A DNA stretch of 64,000 nt, taken from assembly GCA_002269645.1 (NCBI GenBank), contig NIVC01003930.1, positions 5,295 to 69,294 of the forward strand, in the 5' to 3' direction. Numbering within the stretch: position 1 is the stretch's first letter; every line of letters starts with the position of its first letter. The notes beneath the pieces are model-generated. The model saw only the letters and a program-made list of their open reading frames with translations, ran no database searches and was not told the origin of the DNA. The stretch comes from Macrostomum lignano (taxonomy: Eukaryota). This document shows, piece by piece, positions 51,105-64,000 of this stretch. Position numbers and translations under genes: made by a program.

Positions 51105-52356
51105 TTCTGTCTGTCTGTCTGTCTGCCTGGCTGTCTGTCTGTCTGTCTTTCTGGCTGTCTGGCTGTCTGTCTGTCTGTGTGTCTGTCTTTCTGTGCTACC
51201 AGTGTGAGCCAGTGTGACTCTTAGACAGACGCGTTACAGTTGAGCTACCTAGTTCATAGCTTATAAATACTGCGATCCTGAGTTCGAATCTCATTTTTGA
51301 GCACCTCTAGCAGATCACTCTCATCGCATATTTGCCAACTAAATTTCCAATCAGATTCTGTGGATCAAAAAGTCCACCGCCGGCGGCTCCTCCAGCCGGG
51401 ACCACTTGCTGACTGTCGGCGCTGACGGCCTGCTGCTGCTGTGGCTGCTGGACTCGCGCAAGGCCACGCTTGGCTTGGCCGGTGCGAACCGCCTGTCGGC
51501 CAAGTCGCTGCCGAAATCGCTGCGGGTTCGCGCCTCCGGCCGGGCTGGCGTCGTCGGCGTCACCTGCGCGCGGCTGGTCGGCGGCGGCGGCGGTCGCAGC
51601 GGCGATTCCTCCTCGACAGTGACAGTGGCGCTGGGCTGCGAAGCCGGTGCGGTGCTGGTCTGCCGGGTGAAGTCGCGGGCCTCCAAATCCAAGCCGTTTG
51701 ACCCGAATTCGCCGCCGCGAGATCCCGAAGTGCTGCGCGCCATCGACTGCGGCGGGCTCGGCATGGTGCTGGCGCTGGACTCGGTGCACCTGGCGCCAGC
51801 CATGCCCGGCGCCTCCGCTGGCCTCTTCATCGTCAGCGGCGGCTCCGGCGCCTGCTCGATGTACGCCGTTGGCGGCGAGTCCTCGTCCGCTGCGGCGCCG
51901 CCGGCCTCAGCTTCCGCCACGTCGCTGCCGCCGCTGCTCTGCCTGGAGACTGCGGCCGGAGCTGCCGGCGGCTGCGCCAGCAGCGGAGCCGCTCGGCCTG
52001 GACTGGTTGCCATAGCAACTGAGCACGCCGGGGTTCTGGTGTACGCGCTCGGTGCAGCTGGCGGAGCCGGCGCCTCGGCTGTTGCGTCTCCCGTGGCTTC
52101 CCTGAGTGCGGCGGGCGGCGCGGACAGCGGGCAGCAGCAGGCGGTGCTGTGCACCCAGTGGAACCCGATGAATGCCAGCTGGCTGGCTGCTGGCACAGCC
52201 GATGGCCGGCTGCTGGTGTGGCAGGACGCGGATCTGGGAGCCGCTGGCAACGCTGCCACTGTTGGCGAGTTCTTTGCCAGCCTTACTGGAGCTGGCAGCA
52301 GAGGTGGCGGCGGAGGCGAGGGTCAAGCAGGTGACGAAGGAGCTGGGGATGAATGA
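47771..52356 (+). CDS. WDR34: WD repeat protein 34 / cytoplasmic dynein 2 intermediate chain 2; exons 47771-47992, 48362-48682, about 49385-49635, 51355-52356; apparent 2-nt frameshift at about 49521-49526
   Basis: Matches by eye to WDR34: [40 protein letters not shown]...G.VCVWN, HP....LLAGG.F.GE.LVW, H.EP....[27 protein letters not shown]...VW. GT-AG junctions checked in phase. Confidence 0.88.
48070..48258. repeat. 33-bp minisatellite in WDR34 intron 1
   Basis: CTACCTGAGTAAATTCCCCACCTGAGCAATGGG x about 5-6. Confidence 0.9.
48688..49322. repeat. Compound (GTCT)n/(GACT/GCCT) microsatellite in WDR34 intron 2
   Basis: Directly visible. Confidence 0.97.
50135..51195. repeat. (GTCT)n microsatellite in WDR34 intron 3
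   Basis: Directly visible. Confidence 0.98.
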
Positions 52357-52817
52357 TCGTCTTTGGGCTTACAATGCATTGCATGTAGCCTGTTTGGCCT
52401 TTTTATTGCCTATAATCGTGAGTAGGGTGTCAGTGGGAATAGCTCGAAAACTCATTGTAACCGAAAGGTTAACCAAGATGATGGTTCCTGTTTACTGAAA
52501 TCGATAAATATTTTTTCAAGCTACTTAGTAAGTAGTATATATATAGATGTAGATCACTGCCTTGTTCTGTTCTCTTAATCCTTGTCAGAATCTGTGCGCT
52601 TACTCCGTCCGTTTTGAACTAAAATACTTATACATACCTGTTTTGACTTTTTATATTCATGCACTTAACTTTGAATTGATTTCTAAAAGTAACTTCTGTC
52701 CTTTGATTTTTTATCGCTTCAAGCAATTTAAGTAATCAGAGTTTCAAATAAATAACTAACTCGACTTTATTATACGTTTTGAAGTCGATTTTTGATTGAA
52801 TTATTTTTATTTGTTCT

Positions 52818-53283
52818 GCTACTGCCCCTGTCCATTAGCTACTGTCCCTGTCCATTAGCTACTGCCCCTGTCCATTAGCTACTGCCCCTGTCCATTAGCT
52901 ACTGTCCCTGTCCATTAGCTACTGTCCCTGTCCATTAGCTACTGTCCCTGTCCATTAGCTACTGTCCCTGTCCATTAGCTACTGTCCCTGTCCATTAGCT
53001 ACTGTCCCTGTCCATTAGCTACTGTCCCTGTCCATTAGCTACTGTCCCTGTCCATTAGCTACTGTCCCTGTCCATTAGCTACTGTCCCTGTCCATTAGCT
53101 ACTGTCCCTGTCCATTAGCTACTGTCCCTGTCCATTAGCTACTGTCCCTGTCCAACAGCTACTGCCCCTGTCCATTAGCTACTGTCCCTGTCCATTAGCT
53201 ACTGTCCCTGTCCAACAGCTACTGTCCCTGTCCATCAGCTACTGTTCCTGTCCACCAGCTACTGTCCCTGTCCACCAGCTACT
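52818..53283. repeat. 20-bp minisatellite (ACTGTCCCTGTCCATTAGCT) x about 23, between WDR34 and PRPF40
   Basis: Directly visible. Confidence 0.97.
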
Positions 53284-53437
53284 CAACCAATGCCTGTATC
53301 AGGTTTTACATTTGGGTTGAGCGCACAAATGATGTACTGATAATCCAATTTGTCTACTTCAAGTAGAATATGAATACAGTTAATATTTTGCGCATTACTG
53401 CATGAACCCAGTCTAGCCTACGCCGACACAGCAGTCA

Positions 53438-56400
53438 ATGTCAGCGGCTAACGGCTTTCCTGTTCGCACGCAGCACCAACAGCACTCATCCCCAGTTGTC
53501 GGGGCGCCAATGTTTCCCAGCGGCGCCGCGCCCGGCGCTTATTCGGCGCCAGCGCCGCAGCATCAGCAGCAGCCCCACCACGCCTTTCACGCCATGCCGC
53601 ATCACCAGATGGGGCACCCGGCAGCTGCGGCGGCTGCGACGGACAAGAAGTGGGCGGAGCACACGATGCCAGACGGCAAGACGTACTATTACAACCTGGT
53701 GACCGGCAAGACAGTCTGGGAGAAGCCGGACGATCTGAAAACCGAGTGGGAGCTGATCATGGCCCGGTGTCCGTGGCGAGAGTTCCGCACGGATGCCGGC
53801 AAGGTGTACTATTCTCACTCGGTCACCAATCAGTCCGTGTGGACCAAGCCTGAGGAGCTCCGCTTGGCCGAGCAGCAGGCTGAGATGGCCCGGCAGCGGG
53901 CGGCGGCCGCGGCTGCCATCGAGCCGCTCAGGCAGATGCAGCACCTGCAGCAGTCTGGGCCGCCGCCTCCGCCTACCGCCGCCGTTGGCTCCCCGGCTGC
54001 CAGCGGCGGCGGCGGCGGCGGCAGCTCCGCCATCGAGGAAGCGATGAAGAAGACGCTGGAGTCATTCGGCGTCATTCCGCCGACTACCGACGCCGCCGCT
54101 TCCGACGCTGGCAGTTCGGCGTCGGCGGCGGGCAAGCGAGGCGGCGGTAAGCGAAGGCGCGGCGGCGGCGACATGTCTGGCGCCGATGACGACAGCGACA
54201 GCTCCGAGGACTCGGACGGCAGCGGCGGCTCCGGCCGAAAGAAGAAGAAAAACAAGCCGCAGCAGCAGGAGCAAAGCAAGGAAGACGTGTTTAAAGAGCT
54301 GCTGCGGGACCGGCGGGTGCCGTCCAGCGCCACCTGGGAGACCGCAGTGCGCATGATTCAGGAGGACCCGCGCTACCAGCAGGTGAAACACCTGCAGCAC
54401 AGGCGCCAGGTGTTCAATAATTATAAGACTCAGCGGCAGAAGGAGGAGAAAGAGGAGCAGCGGTTGAAGGTTGGTTTCAGTTGAATCTTTATTTTGATTC
54501 TCTTTGGGGCATCTATTGGGTGTTTGTTTATAGAGAGCCTTATCAGAGTGTTTTTGCAATCTTTAATTGTGTTTTGAGAGGCTTAAGTTGAGTTGATGTG
54601 TTTATTAGAGCATCAATTCGGTGTTTAGATGAATAGATTCAAAAATTGATTTTTATAGCTGCTGAAATTGAGTGTTTATTCGCCTGAATTGGGTTTATAT
54701 ACACTGAAATCGGGTGTTTATATCAGCTAAAATCAGGTGTTTATAGATGCTAAAATTTTGTGTTTTTATCTGCTGAAATCGTGTGTTTATATTTGCTCAA
54801 ATCGGTTGTTTATCTATGCTGATATCCGTGTTTATGTCTGCTAAAATTTGATGCTTATATATGCTGAAATTGAGTGTTTATCTATGCTGAAATCGAGTGT
54901 TTATCTATGCTGAAATCAAGTGTTTATCTATGATAAAAAAGATATCTATGATGAAATCGGGTTTTTATATCAGCTAAAATCAGGTGTTTATATATGCTAA
55001 ACTTTTGTGTTTATATCTGCTGAAATCAAGTGTTTATATATGCTAAAAAAGTGTTTATCTATGCTGAAATCGGGTGTTTATATAAAATTAATTGGGTGTT
55101 TTTATATGCTTAAATCGGGTGTTTATAAATACTTAATCGAGTGTTTATATCTGCTGAATCGGGTGTTTATCCATGCTAAAATGGGGTGTTTATAATAGCT
55201 GTAATCGGGTGTTTATATCTGCTGAAATGCTTATACATGCTTATCTTGTCAAACCCTCGCAGATCAAGAAGGCCCGCGAAGACCTGGAGCAGTTCCTGCT
55301 GCAGACGGCGCCAATCACTTCGAGCACAAAGTACCGCACAGCCGAGAAGATGTTCGTCGATCTGCGCGTCTGGACGGCCGTCCCCGAACGGGACCGCAGG
55401 GACATCTTCGATGACGCGGTGCGCGAGATTGACAAGCGCGAGCGGGAGGCGCAGCGGGCCCTGCAGCGCAGGAATATCGAACGGTTCGGTGAGATTCTGG
55501 CGGGTATGAAGGAGATGAACTACCTGACCACCTGGACTGAGGCACAGCAGATGCTCAGCAATAGCGCCAGCTTCCGCTCCGACCGCGAGCTGCTAGACAT
55601 GGACAAGGAGGACGCGCTGATCTGCTTTCAGAAACACGTCACCCGCCTGGAGAAAGAGGAGGACGATAAGAAAGAGGAGAACCAGCTGAGGCAGCGGCGG
55701 CAAGAGAGGAAGAATAGAGAGGCCTTCGTTGTGCTGTTGGACGAGCTGCATGACCAGGTATGAGCGGATCTGTCACTGATGGGAGTGGATCTGCCACTGA
55801 CGGGAGTGGATCTGCCACTGACGGGAGTGGATCTGCCACTGACGGGAGTGGATCTGCCACTGACGGGAGTGGATCTGTCACTGATGGGAGTGGATCTGTC
55901 ACTGATGGGAGTGGATCTGTCACTGATGGGAGTGGATCTGTCACTGATGGGAGTGGATCTGTCACTGATGGGAGTGGATCTGTCACTGATGGGAGTGGAT
56001 CTGTCACTGATGGGAGTGGATCTGTCACTGATGGGAGTGGATCTGTCACTGATGGGAGTGGATCTGCCACTGATGGGAGTGGATCTGTCACTGATGGGAG
56101 TGGATCTATCACTGATGGCAGTGGATCTGTCACTGATAAGAGTGGATCTGTCACTGATGGGAGTGGATCTGTCACTGATGGCAGTGGATCTGTCACTGAT
56201 GGCAGTGGATCTGTCACTGATTGGAGTGGATCTGTCACTGATGGGAGTGGATCTGTCACTGATGGGAGTGGATCTGTCACTGATTGGAGTGGATCTGTCA
56301 CTGATTGGAGTGGATCTGTCACTGATGGGAGTGGATCTGCCACTGACGGGAGTGGATCTGCCACTGACGGGAGTGGATCTGCCACTGACGGGAGTGGATC

Positions 56401-58086
56401 TGTCACTGACGGGAGTAGATCTGTCACTGATTGAAGTAGATCTGTCACTGATTGGAGTGGATCTGTCACTGATGGGAGTGGATCCGTCACTGATGGGAGT
56501 AGATCTGTCACTGATTGAAGTAGATCTGTCACTGATTGGAGTAGATCTGTCACTGATTGAAGTAGATTGTCACTGATTGGAGTGGATCCGTCACTGATGG
56601 GAGTAGATCTGTCACTGATTGAAGTAGATCTGTCACTGATTGGAGTAGATCTGTCACTGATTGAAGTAGATCTGTCACTGATTGGAGTAGATCTGTCACT
56701 GATTGGAGTAGATCTGTCACTGATGGGAGTGGATCTGTCACTGATTAAAGTAGATCTGTCACTGATTGGAGTAGATCTGTCACTGAGGAGAATAGACAAG
56801 CAAAGCAAAGCTCCTATAATGAATGTCTATTTGCATTTCCTCCCCATCCCCAGGGCCGGCTCACTGCGAACTCCCTATGGAAAGACTGCTTCCGCGACAT
56901 CTGCCGCGACCGTCGTTTCGACCAGATGCTGTGCCAGCAGGGCTCCACGCCGCTGGACCTGTTCAAATTCTACGTGGACGATCTGAAGAAACGATTCCCC
57001 GAGGAGAAGCGCATCGTGAAGGAGATCATGAAGGACCGCGCGTTCAGCATCTGTCCGGACACCGCGCTGGAGGATTTCCTTCGCCTGATCGCTTCGGACG
57101 AGCGCGGCCGCTCGCTGGACCCCGGCAACGTGGAGCGCAGCTTCGACAGCCTGCAGGAGAAGGCGCGCTGTATCGAGCAGGAGAAGCGTGCAGAGGAGCG
57201 CCGCAAGATGCAGCGCCATGCCGAGGCCTTCAAGGAGCTGCTGTTCTCGGCCGATCCGCCTGTTGACGCCAGCACCAGCTGGGACACCGTCAGGGAGAGA
57301 TTCGGCCAGGCCGACTGCTTCCAGGCCATCCCGCTCGAGTCCGAGCGCCTCATCGTGTTCAAGGACTTCTTGAAGAGCCTCGCCGAACCGGCGGCATCCG
57401 CAGCGTCTGGCGGCACGGGCGCCGCGGCTGGGGGCAAGAAAAAGAAGAAAAAGAAAGACCGCGACCGGGAGGTCGACAAGGACAAGGACCACCGGTCTAA
57501 GGACAAAGACCGCAAGAAGTCGCGTCGAAACAGCGACGGCGACTTGGACGGCGAGAAGGCGGACTCCGGCGGCGAGCGCGACAAAAAAGCCAAAAAGAAG
57601 AAGAAAAAGCAGAGTCGGCATTCCGACGACGGCGAGGGCGAAGCTGGTGGCGAGAAGAAAAAGAAGAAAAAGGACAAGAAAGAAAAGGAGCAGAAGAAAC
57701 ACAGAAAGGAGGGCAAGTCCTCCAGCGGCGGCGGCAGCAGTCGGAAACGAAAACGCGACGAAGGCGGCGGCGGCGGCGGCGATGACTTGCCTGACGACGG
57801 CGAGGAAAGCGGCGGCTCGCGGCGCCGGCAGCACCGGAGTCGGCGCCACTCCGGCGCCTCGTCGTCAGCGGCGGTCGGGAAGCGCGCGCGCCGACATTCC
57901 AGCCGGTCGTCGGCAGCCTCCGGTGACGAGCGCGGAGGTCGCGGTGGCGGCTCCTCGAAGACTGCTGCCGACGATGCACCGCCGAAGGAGTCGCAGGCGG
58001 CGCTGAACGCCTCGGACAGCATGGACCTGAGCGAGGGCGAGCTGGAGAAGGAGAGAGAGCGGCTCATTGCCCAGCTGCATGACTGA
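53438..58086 (+). CDS. PRPF40A: Pre-mRNA-processing factor 40 homologue (2 WW + FF domains); exons 53438-54469, 55263-55757, 56854-58086
   Basis: WW1 [26 protein letters not shown]; WW2 [26 protein letters not shown]; FF repeats ([35 protein letters not shown]); C-terminal [14 protein letters not shown]. All three exons join in phase 0. Confidence 0.93.
54650..55230. repeat. Degenerate about 24-bp tandem repeat (TATCTATGCTGAAATCGGGTGTT) in PRPF40 intron 1
   Basis: Recurring GCTGAAATC..GTGTTTAT units. Confidence 0.8.
55766..56786. repeat. 21-bp minisatellite (GGATCTGTCACTGATGGGAGT) x about 48 in PRPF40 intron 2
   Basis: Directly visible; ORFs called here are repeat artefacts. Confidence 0.97.
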
Positions 58087-58363
58087 ATGTGCCCCAACCC
58101 TCCTGTCCTACCCCCCTGTCTCACCTGTCTCATTCGTTCCCAACTGGGGTAGCGATTTCTTCTCTCTCTTAATTTAGTCTAAAAAACACTGTTGATAAGA
58201 AATACTGGGCTCAGTTTATCTGCTTATTGTGTTAAATTAATTCGCTTAGAACTAATTTGCTGATTACTTCTAGGTTAATGCAGTGTTTGCTTTCTCACTC
58301 TATTGTGCCTCTATAATGCATTCAGGTACTCTGTGGCATGGCCCGGTTGTCACCCTCTGGGCC

Positions 58364-58502
58364 CAGGGGTTGGCAAACCTCACATGCGGCCCGCGAAGCC
58401 TCTCTAACCGGCCCACGGGCCCTTTTAAAACTTCACAATATCGATCCGGTCTGTCTCTCTTCTCTATCTGGACTTTTGAGGAAAACAGTTTGCCAACCCC
58501 TT
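58364..58502. mobile_element. Short hAT/Charlie-like MITE
   Basis: TIR CAGGGGTTGGCAAAC ... GTTTGCCAACCCCT and an internal CGGCCCGCGA motif; TSD not recognisable. Confidence 0.5.
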
Positions 58503-60809
58503 CCTGTTGGAGGCCGTGGGAGATTAACCCATGAATAATAAATAATCATTCATATTTCAATTCAATTGTCTTAAGAATGCATGATGGAAATTTGCATTTC
58601 TTCTCCATCTAACTACCCCCAGCTGTGCCGTATCTGGGGTGTTATTCTTCATTGACTGTCGCTTTTCTTGTTTAGTTAAGACTTATTTATATTAGTATAA
58701 CATTAGAAATTTGACCTGAGCAGACCGGGTATCCCAGGCCTGTTTCTGTGGCTATTAAATTCTCATATTGAATGCAGAGCTCAGTTCATGTCCGCATCAG
58801 GCTACTGTTAGTAGAGCCAAATGTATTGCCTGATTGAGAGTCGCAGTTTTTAGCATTTTTTTGTTTTTTGTCGCCTAAAATTGTTAAATTGTGAAATCGC
58901 CAGGCCTGCTGGTTTTCTAAGCTCTTCTCTGTTGCATCAGCGGCTTGGAGACTTGAAAAAGCTTCTTGACTCCCCCCAGCCCATCTTTCCCTTTCTTTGT
59001 TCCTCAAGTCTCACCGGGCGCGCGAAGTGTAAAGTTCCTATTATATTGTTTACCAATGCACCTGCAAAATCATTTTTAATTACTAATTACAAAAATACAT
59101 TAAACCAATTGTTTGCATATCAGCTTTATATCTGATATAAAGCTGCTCAATTGCCCGCTGCGTTTCTATGCTGTTCCATCTCTCTCTGTGTGTTCAGCTA
59201 AGAACAAATTGAAACGCTGGAGGCGGCACTGTACTTGTTTGTGTCAGTCTGTGTTTTCTATTTATTTTCTCTTGTGTAGTTTTAGCTATCAGTTCAGGCT
59301 GTGTTCTTAGCGGTTTTGGGCTAGGGTATCGTAGGATTGACTTTTTGGTTCTCCAGTTCTTAGCGGGTCAGCTGAGAATGAAGAAAATGTCAATGAGAAT
59401 ACAAGGGAGAATAGAGGAGAGATAAGGAAGAAAGAATGTAATGAGAGAGGAGAAAGAAGAAAAGATTATAAGAAGATAGCTAAGAAGAGACTTGTAAAGT
59501 TAAAATGATCCTGGTATGACCTGATATAAAGGAGAGGGAGAGGAGGGACCTGAGAGAAGATATAAACCTTGAACAGTTTAGATTGCTGTTGTGAAGTTTC
59601 AAACTACCCGATGGTCGGATAGATCTGGCCTGTGGTCCCAATATCCCAGTCTACCTGTTTGTCTGTGCTCTGAGCAGTCTTCCTGAGAAATGAGTCAACA
59701 TGTGAGTAAGCGTGCAAAAATATTTTCACCTTTGAGTACTTTGAGGGGTTGCATGAGTCACGTGTTTCCTGAGTTGAGGTTCGTCCAATGCCTCGTGTCC
59801 CCAATGTATTTATGAGCTGATCAGTGCTGCCCAAGTAGTGAACTCCCTTTCTCTCCCCACTCTGAGCTCTCTGTCACGTTTGAGTTCTCCAGTCGCGTGT
59901 AGCTACCTCCAAATTCCATAAGCATTTTGTTCATTGGGCCACTCCCCTTTCCATTCTCTTCCACCAGAGCAGCTAATGGCTGTCTATATGGGATTTCTAT
60001 GCACATGTTCGTGTTCTTATCTGGCAGCTCATCCAATGCTTCATTTTTCTTCCCTTTGCGCGTAAGCTGTTACTTTTCTTTGCTGAGATCGCCAACCCCC
60101 ATAGTTCAACCAGCGCCGTCTCAGCAATCTGAGTACAACAGGCGGACAGGGCAAGACTTGCTGGCTTGAGACGGCAGGAAGTTGTCCGAGAGTCGTGCAC
60201 TGTCGGAAATGCTCGCGGCACGCACAGTGTGAGCAAGGAGTGCAGTCTTCTCCGCTTATAGAGAGAGACCGAGTTGCGCTTGTTGAGCAGAGAGCAGAAT
60301 TTATTATTAAAAATCATACACCGACTTCTTAGTGCTACTATCTGACTGTTGTCAACGAAGAAATCGAAACAGAATGGTAGAACTTACTGCCAACTTGTCC
60401 TTGATAAATACAGTCGACTTGTCAGTATATGAGTTTGTCTGATTAATTATAATTTGAAGTCTCCGATGGCATGGATGGACAGCAGGTTCTGTTGGTACCT
60501 TTGGAGCTGCCGCCTGCCCTGCTGTTTTTACTGGAAGGTGATCTCCACGTTGGCGGCGTCCCCTTTGAAGTTGCTTCCACTCGATCGGTGTCTGGCTTCT
60601 GTTTGGCTGCTTGGCTTGCAGCTCGAGCTAAATTTCTCAGTCTTGGCATTGTAAGACCAGGTAAAACCATTAGATACTTTGGCAGCTTTGTTCAGAAATT
60701 TTTCGTTACATCGGCCTGATTGCTTGATTTTCCTGATAGCTTGATTTTCCCACTAAGGATTAAATTGCTTGCTCCTCCTAGGCTCAATCGGCTTGGAAAA
60801 TGCTCTAGT

Positions 60810-61245
60810 AAAATTACGAATGTGAGCACTAGCATTTTTCGCACGAGCTAAGTGACATGTTACGCCTCGCGTCAGGCTTCGTCAGGCTCTTGAAAATGAG
60901 CAACAAAATAACCCTAAAATTATCATTTATATCAATTTAGACGACAACGGGTCAATGAAACTATGAAAGTCAGAAAATGTACATCAACTTGACAATCATA
61001 GTGCCAGTGCCCTCATTAGAGTATTCTAGGTGTACACATGAGCACTGTGCACTGTGAGCGCTCCGCAAGACTGCAATCGACTGTTAATTAAATGCACATT
61101 TTCTGACTTATCGACCAATTTTCGTCTAAATCGATTTTAAAAAATAAATCGTAGCTATTTTTTAAGAGCTTGACGATTCCTGATGCCAGGCAAAAAATGT
61201 CGCTTACCAAACCAAAAATACCAGTGCTCACATTCTTAATTTTGC
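60810..61245. repeat. Imperfect inverted repeat pair (about 30-50 bp arms), possible MITE
   Basis: AAAATTACGAATGTGAGCACTAGCATTTTT versus the reverse complement of AAAAATACCAGTGCTCACATTCTTAATTTT. Confidence 0.5.
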
Positions 61246-61771
61246 AAAATGCACTTGTGATGCGAAAAATATACGTACCTTCGACGGCCTCCTGCTTATC
61301 TATAAAAGAAAAGAAAGTGTAGCGAGTCGAAGTTCCTCTGCTCTTAGGGCTATTTAGTTACTCAAAAGTACGCCTTGTTTCCTCTCCATTTGAGTCGCTT
61401 CTGTCTCCCGTCGTGCATTTTCTACCAAAATATTCCAGTCCCGACCCTTGGCAGATATACTTAATAGTCTGAGTCTGCTGTGAGCGCTTCGCTATTGCTG
61501 CTTGGAAGCCAACTGTAGCGACTTTCGCATGCGCCTTGGTTGTAATTTTCCTTTCTTTCGAGCTATCGATTAAGACCTAAGGCTTTTATGGGCGTTTAGC
61601 CTGCATTCCTGGGTTTTAAAATGCGGCTTTTTCACTTGTAAAGTATAACTTCCGTTGCTATTTTCTGCGGGCGTATACATCTTCCACAGGGTAGAAATAT
61701 GTGGATTAGTTGAACCGGACTGAATGCCTTAAGATGTGTGAGTGCAGGCCTATGAAACTTTGCTACCTCTA

Positions 61772-63786
61772 CTTACTTACTACTTACTACTGACGGGGGG
61801 CGCAGGCGCCGCGAATAGGCCGCGAGGCCCTATCGCAACCCCAAGGTAAAGAGCACAAGGATTAGCCTTGGGGGTGCGCCCAGTCCCCGCCAGTAGTCGG
61901 CAGGTCCGCAGTGGAGGCATCGGCGACCCTCATCCGGCCGGAGTCCCGGACGAAGGCGCGGAGGTCTCGGATATTGTCCGCGGTGGTCAGCTCGTCCATC
62001 CGCTGGGGTGGCCGAGGTATTTGTGCCGCGCCTTGTTGAAGTAAGGGCAGAAGGTGACGTGATGCTCCGCGGTCTCCTCTCCTATGCCACAGAAGGGACA
62101 GGTGGGAGGGCAACCGGTTTGCAACGATATATGTCTCTGGAAGAATCCGTGGCCGGTTAGGACCATGCACATCTCCCTGAGGTCGGTTTTGTTAAGCGAA
62201 ATCAGATAATCAGAGACTTTCCTGTTCAGGTTAGGCATGGCAGAGCGGCTCTGCCTGTGCTCGGTGCAGCTGTTCCAGTGGAGCTGGTGCTGCTGATGGA
62301 GCCACCTGTTGATATGGCGGGTGACTTGCGACCTGGGGGTGGGTAGCCTCATCAGACGGTGGTTGCCGTCTGGGTTGCTGCCCTCCTTGGCGAGAGAGTC
62401 CGCGAGCTCGTTGCCCAGGATGTTGCTGTGACCAGGTGTCCAGATAATTCTAATCCTGTTAAGGACTGAGAGAGATTGCACACTGCGGTGGCATTGAGAT
62501 ACTGTAGCAGCGGAGATATTCTCAGTGGTTAAGGCCTTAATAGCAGCTTGGCTATCAGTGTAGAAATTAATGTCAAAATTATTAATGTTCGCCTGAAACA
62601 GTTGCTGGGCACACTGCTCAATGGCGCAAATTTCAGCTTGGAAAACTGAGGTGTTCTCACCGAGGTGCAGACTTTCCTGGAGAAGCATCTTACCCTCGTG
62701 GAAAATGGCAATACCCGCTCCAGCGCGGCCGTTGAACAGCGAGCCGTCGGTGAAGCAGTGAATGCCCTGGCTGCGCCGGTTCACACCGACATCCAGCGGA
62801 ATGTTGTCTCGGCCAGGGATGGCGGTCTTGAAGCCCCTCCTGATGTTGAGGGCGGGAGGTCGACTATCCACATTGCCCAGGTCCATGTGGATGTTGTTAA
62901 GGTCGCGGCGGACAAAGTCCATATGCGGGATTAATGTTTTCATTGGCATAAAAGCCAGAGGGCGCGTTATTTACCGTTTTATCTCTGATAAGCCGGGAGG
63001 CAGACTTCATAGCCTCCGCCCTAATAAATAGGTGAAGCGGAGGTAGGTTAAGGATAGTGTTCAGCCCTCGTAAGGGGTGGACGGGTACGCACCTGTGATG
63101 GCACGGCAAATGCTGCCCTGAAGCTGGTACAGCCGCTGACGGGCGGCCTTCTGCTCCAGCACGCTAGTCCAGATGAGACTCGCGTATGTGATACTGGGCC
63201 GGATGATGCCGGTATAAATCCAACGGACCGTTCTAGGCGAGAGGCCCCAAGTCGGCCCGATGGCTCTGCGCAGCTGGGCAAAGCAGCGTTTTGCCCGACC
63301 GATGACGTTATCAAGGTGCTTCGTCCAGCGCAGGTCATGCGTTAGCGTCACACCGAGGTATTTGACCTCCTTCTTGAAGGGATGTTTCTGCCATAGACAG
63401 TGAGGTTTTTCATCTCCCACTTACGGCGCTTGGTGAAAACGACAGCGACAGTCTTAGTGACGCTGATTTTTAGGCCATGCTGTGTAGCCCAGTCGGCCGC
63501 CTTGTCGGCGAATTGGTGATACTGCTGGGAATGTCAGCGGTTAGAAGTTCGTCCATGACGAGATTCCAGAGAAGTGGAGTTAGCACGCCACCTTGCGGGC
63601 CGCCTTTCATCACCGCCCGGTGTGAGGGTAACGCCCATAAGTGTGGATGTCACAAACCTTTTGCGGATCATAAAATAAATCCAGCGAACAATGCTGTGTC
63701 TTACATTCCTGCGGGAAAGAGAATTTCTGAAGGAGCGGAAGAGGACATTGTCAAATGCTCCTTCGAAGTCAACGAACAACCCGCAA
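61772..63786 (-). mobile_element. 5'-truncated non-LTR retrotransposon with RNase H (R1/LOA/I-like), degraded
   Basis: RT fragments FVDFEGAFD and KYLGV.L...L.W..H; RNase H FTDGS..AGAG, VFQAEI.AI, YTDSQAA, WTPGH..GNE.AD..AK; C-terminal LTGH..CPFC..ETAEH..CP. (AGTA)n-like 3' tail at 61772-61791. Flanking 10-bp direct repeat GCTACCTCTA at 61762-61771 and 63787-63796. Confidence 0.9.
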
Positions 63787-64000
63787 GCTACCTCTAATCA
63801 GCCAAGTATTGATTTTAGCTACCATTTCCTAATATAAATTAATTCGTAATTAGCCTAGTTGATGATTGATGGGGTCATTCTCTTTCTTTACCCTAGCTGA
63901 TGTGTACTCGTAGGTTAGCTATATTTCAGATGATTTATTTTCTGCATACTTTGCGATCTGGGTCGAATCTATTTTAAGCAATCTACCATAGTTATTTCCA

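Noticed and set aside
48270-51224. ORFs rich in QTDR or CLSV
   Set aside because: Artefacts of intronic GTCT microsatellites.
55639-56986. ORFs rich in SVTD, VDLS or DPLP
   Set aside because: Artefacts of a 21-bp intronic minisatellite of PRPF40.
56875-58133. Long antisense ORFs opposite PRPF40 (and opposite WDR34 exon 4)
   Set aside because: Expected by-product of GC-rich codon usage on the sense strand.
59560-60720. Short ORFs and possible solo LTR
   Set aside because: No terminal TG..CA with TSD identified and no protein motifs.

Overview
Eukaryotic (metazoan) genomic DNA: AT-rich intergenic and intronic sequence, GC-rich spliced genes, and very long (GATA)n and (GTCT)n microsatellites. 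The style resembles the flatworm Macrostomum lignano (inference only). 1-10097: right-hand ~10 kb of a Maverick/Polinton-like (adintovirus-like) element. It carries a protein-primed family B DNA polymerase (one frameshift, probable spliced repeat-rich 5' exon), two conserved accessory ORFs, a Cys-rich tandem-repeat ORF, a subterminal hairpin array and an ACTACT terminus. It also carries an intronless, divergent TATA-binding-protein (TBP) homologue, the most striking observation in the window. Integrase, capsid, ATPase and protease genes are not in the window and may lie upstream of position 1. 14.6-19 kb: a two-exon channel gene with about 14 ankyrin repeats and a TRPM-like transmembrane core. 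24-32 kb: cluster of secreted WSC, PAN and PAN+LamG-like genes, including a convergent paralogue pair. 38.4-42.6 kb: Ty3/Gypsy (Mag-like) element with identical 260-bp LTRs and a 5-bp TSD but a broken internal region. 44-46 kb: two copies of a MITE. 47.8-52.4 kb: WDR34/DYNC2I2. 53.4-58.1 kb: PRPF40. 61.8-63.8 kb: 5'-truncated RNase H-bearing LINE with a 10-bp TSD. All protein assignments come from motif recognition by eye; no database searches were run.
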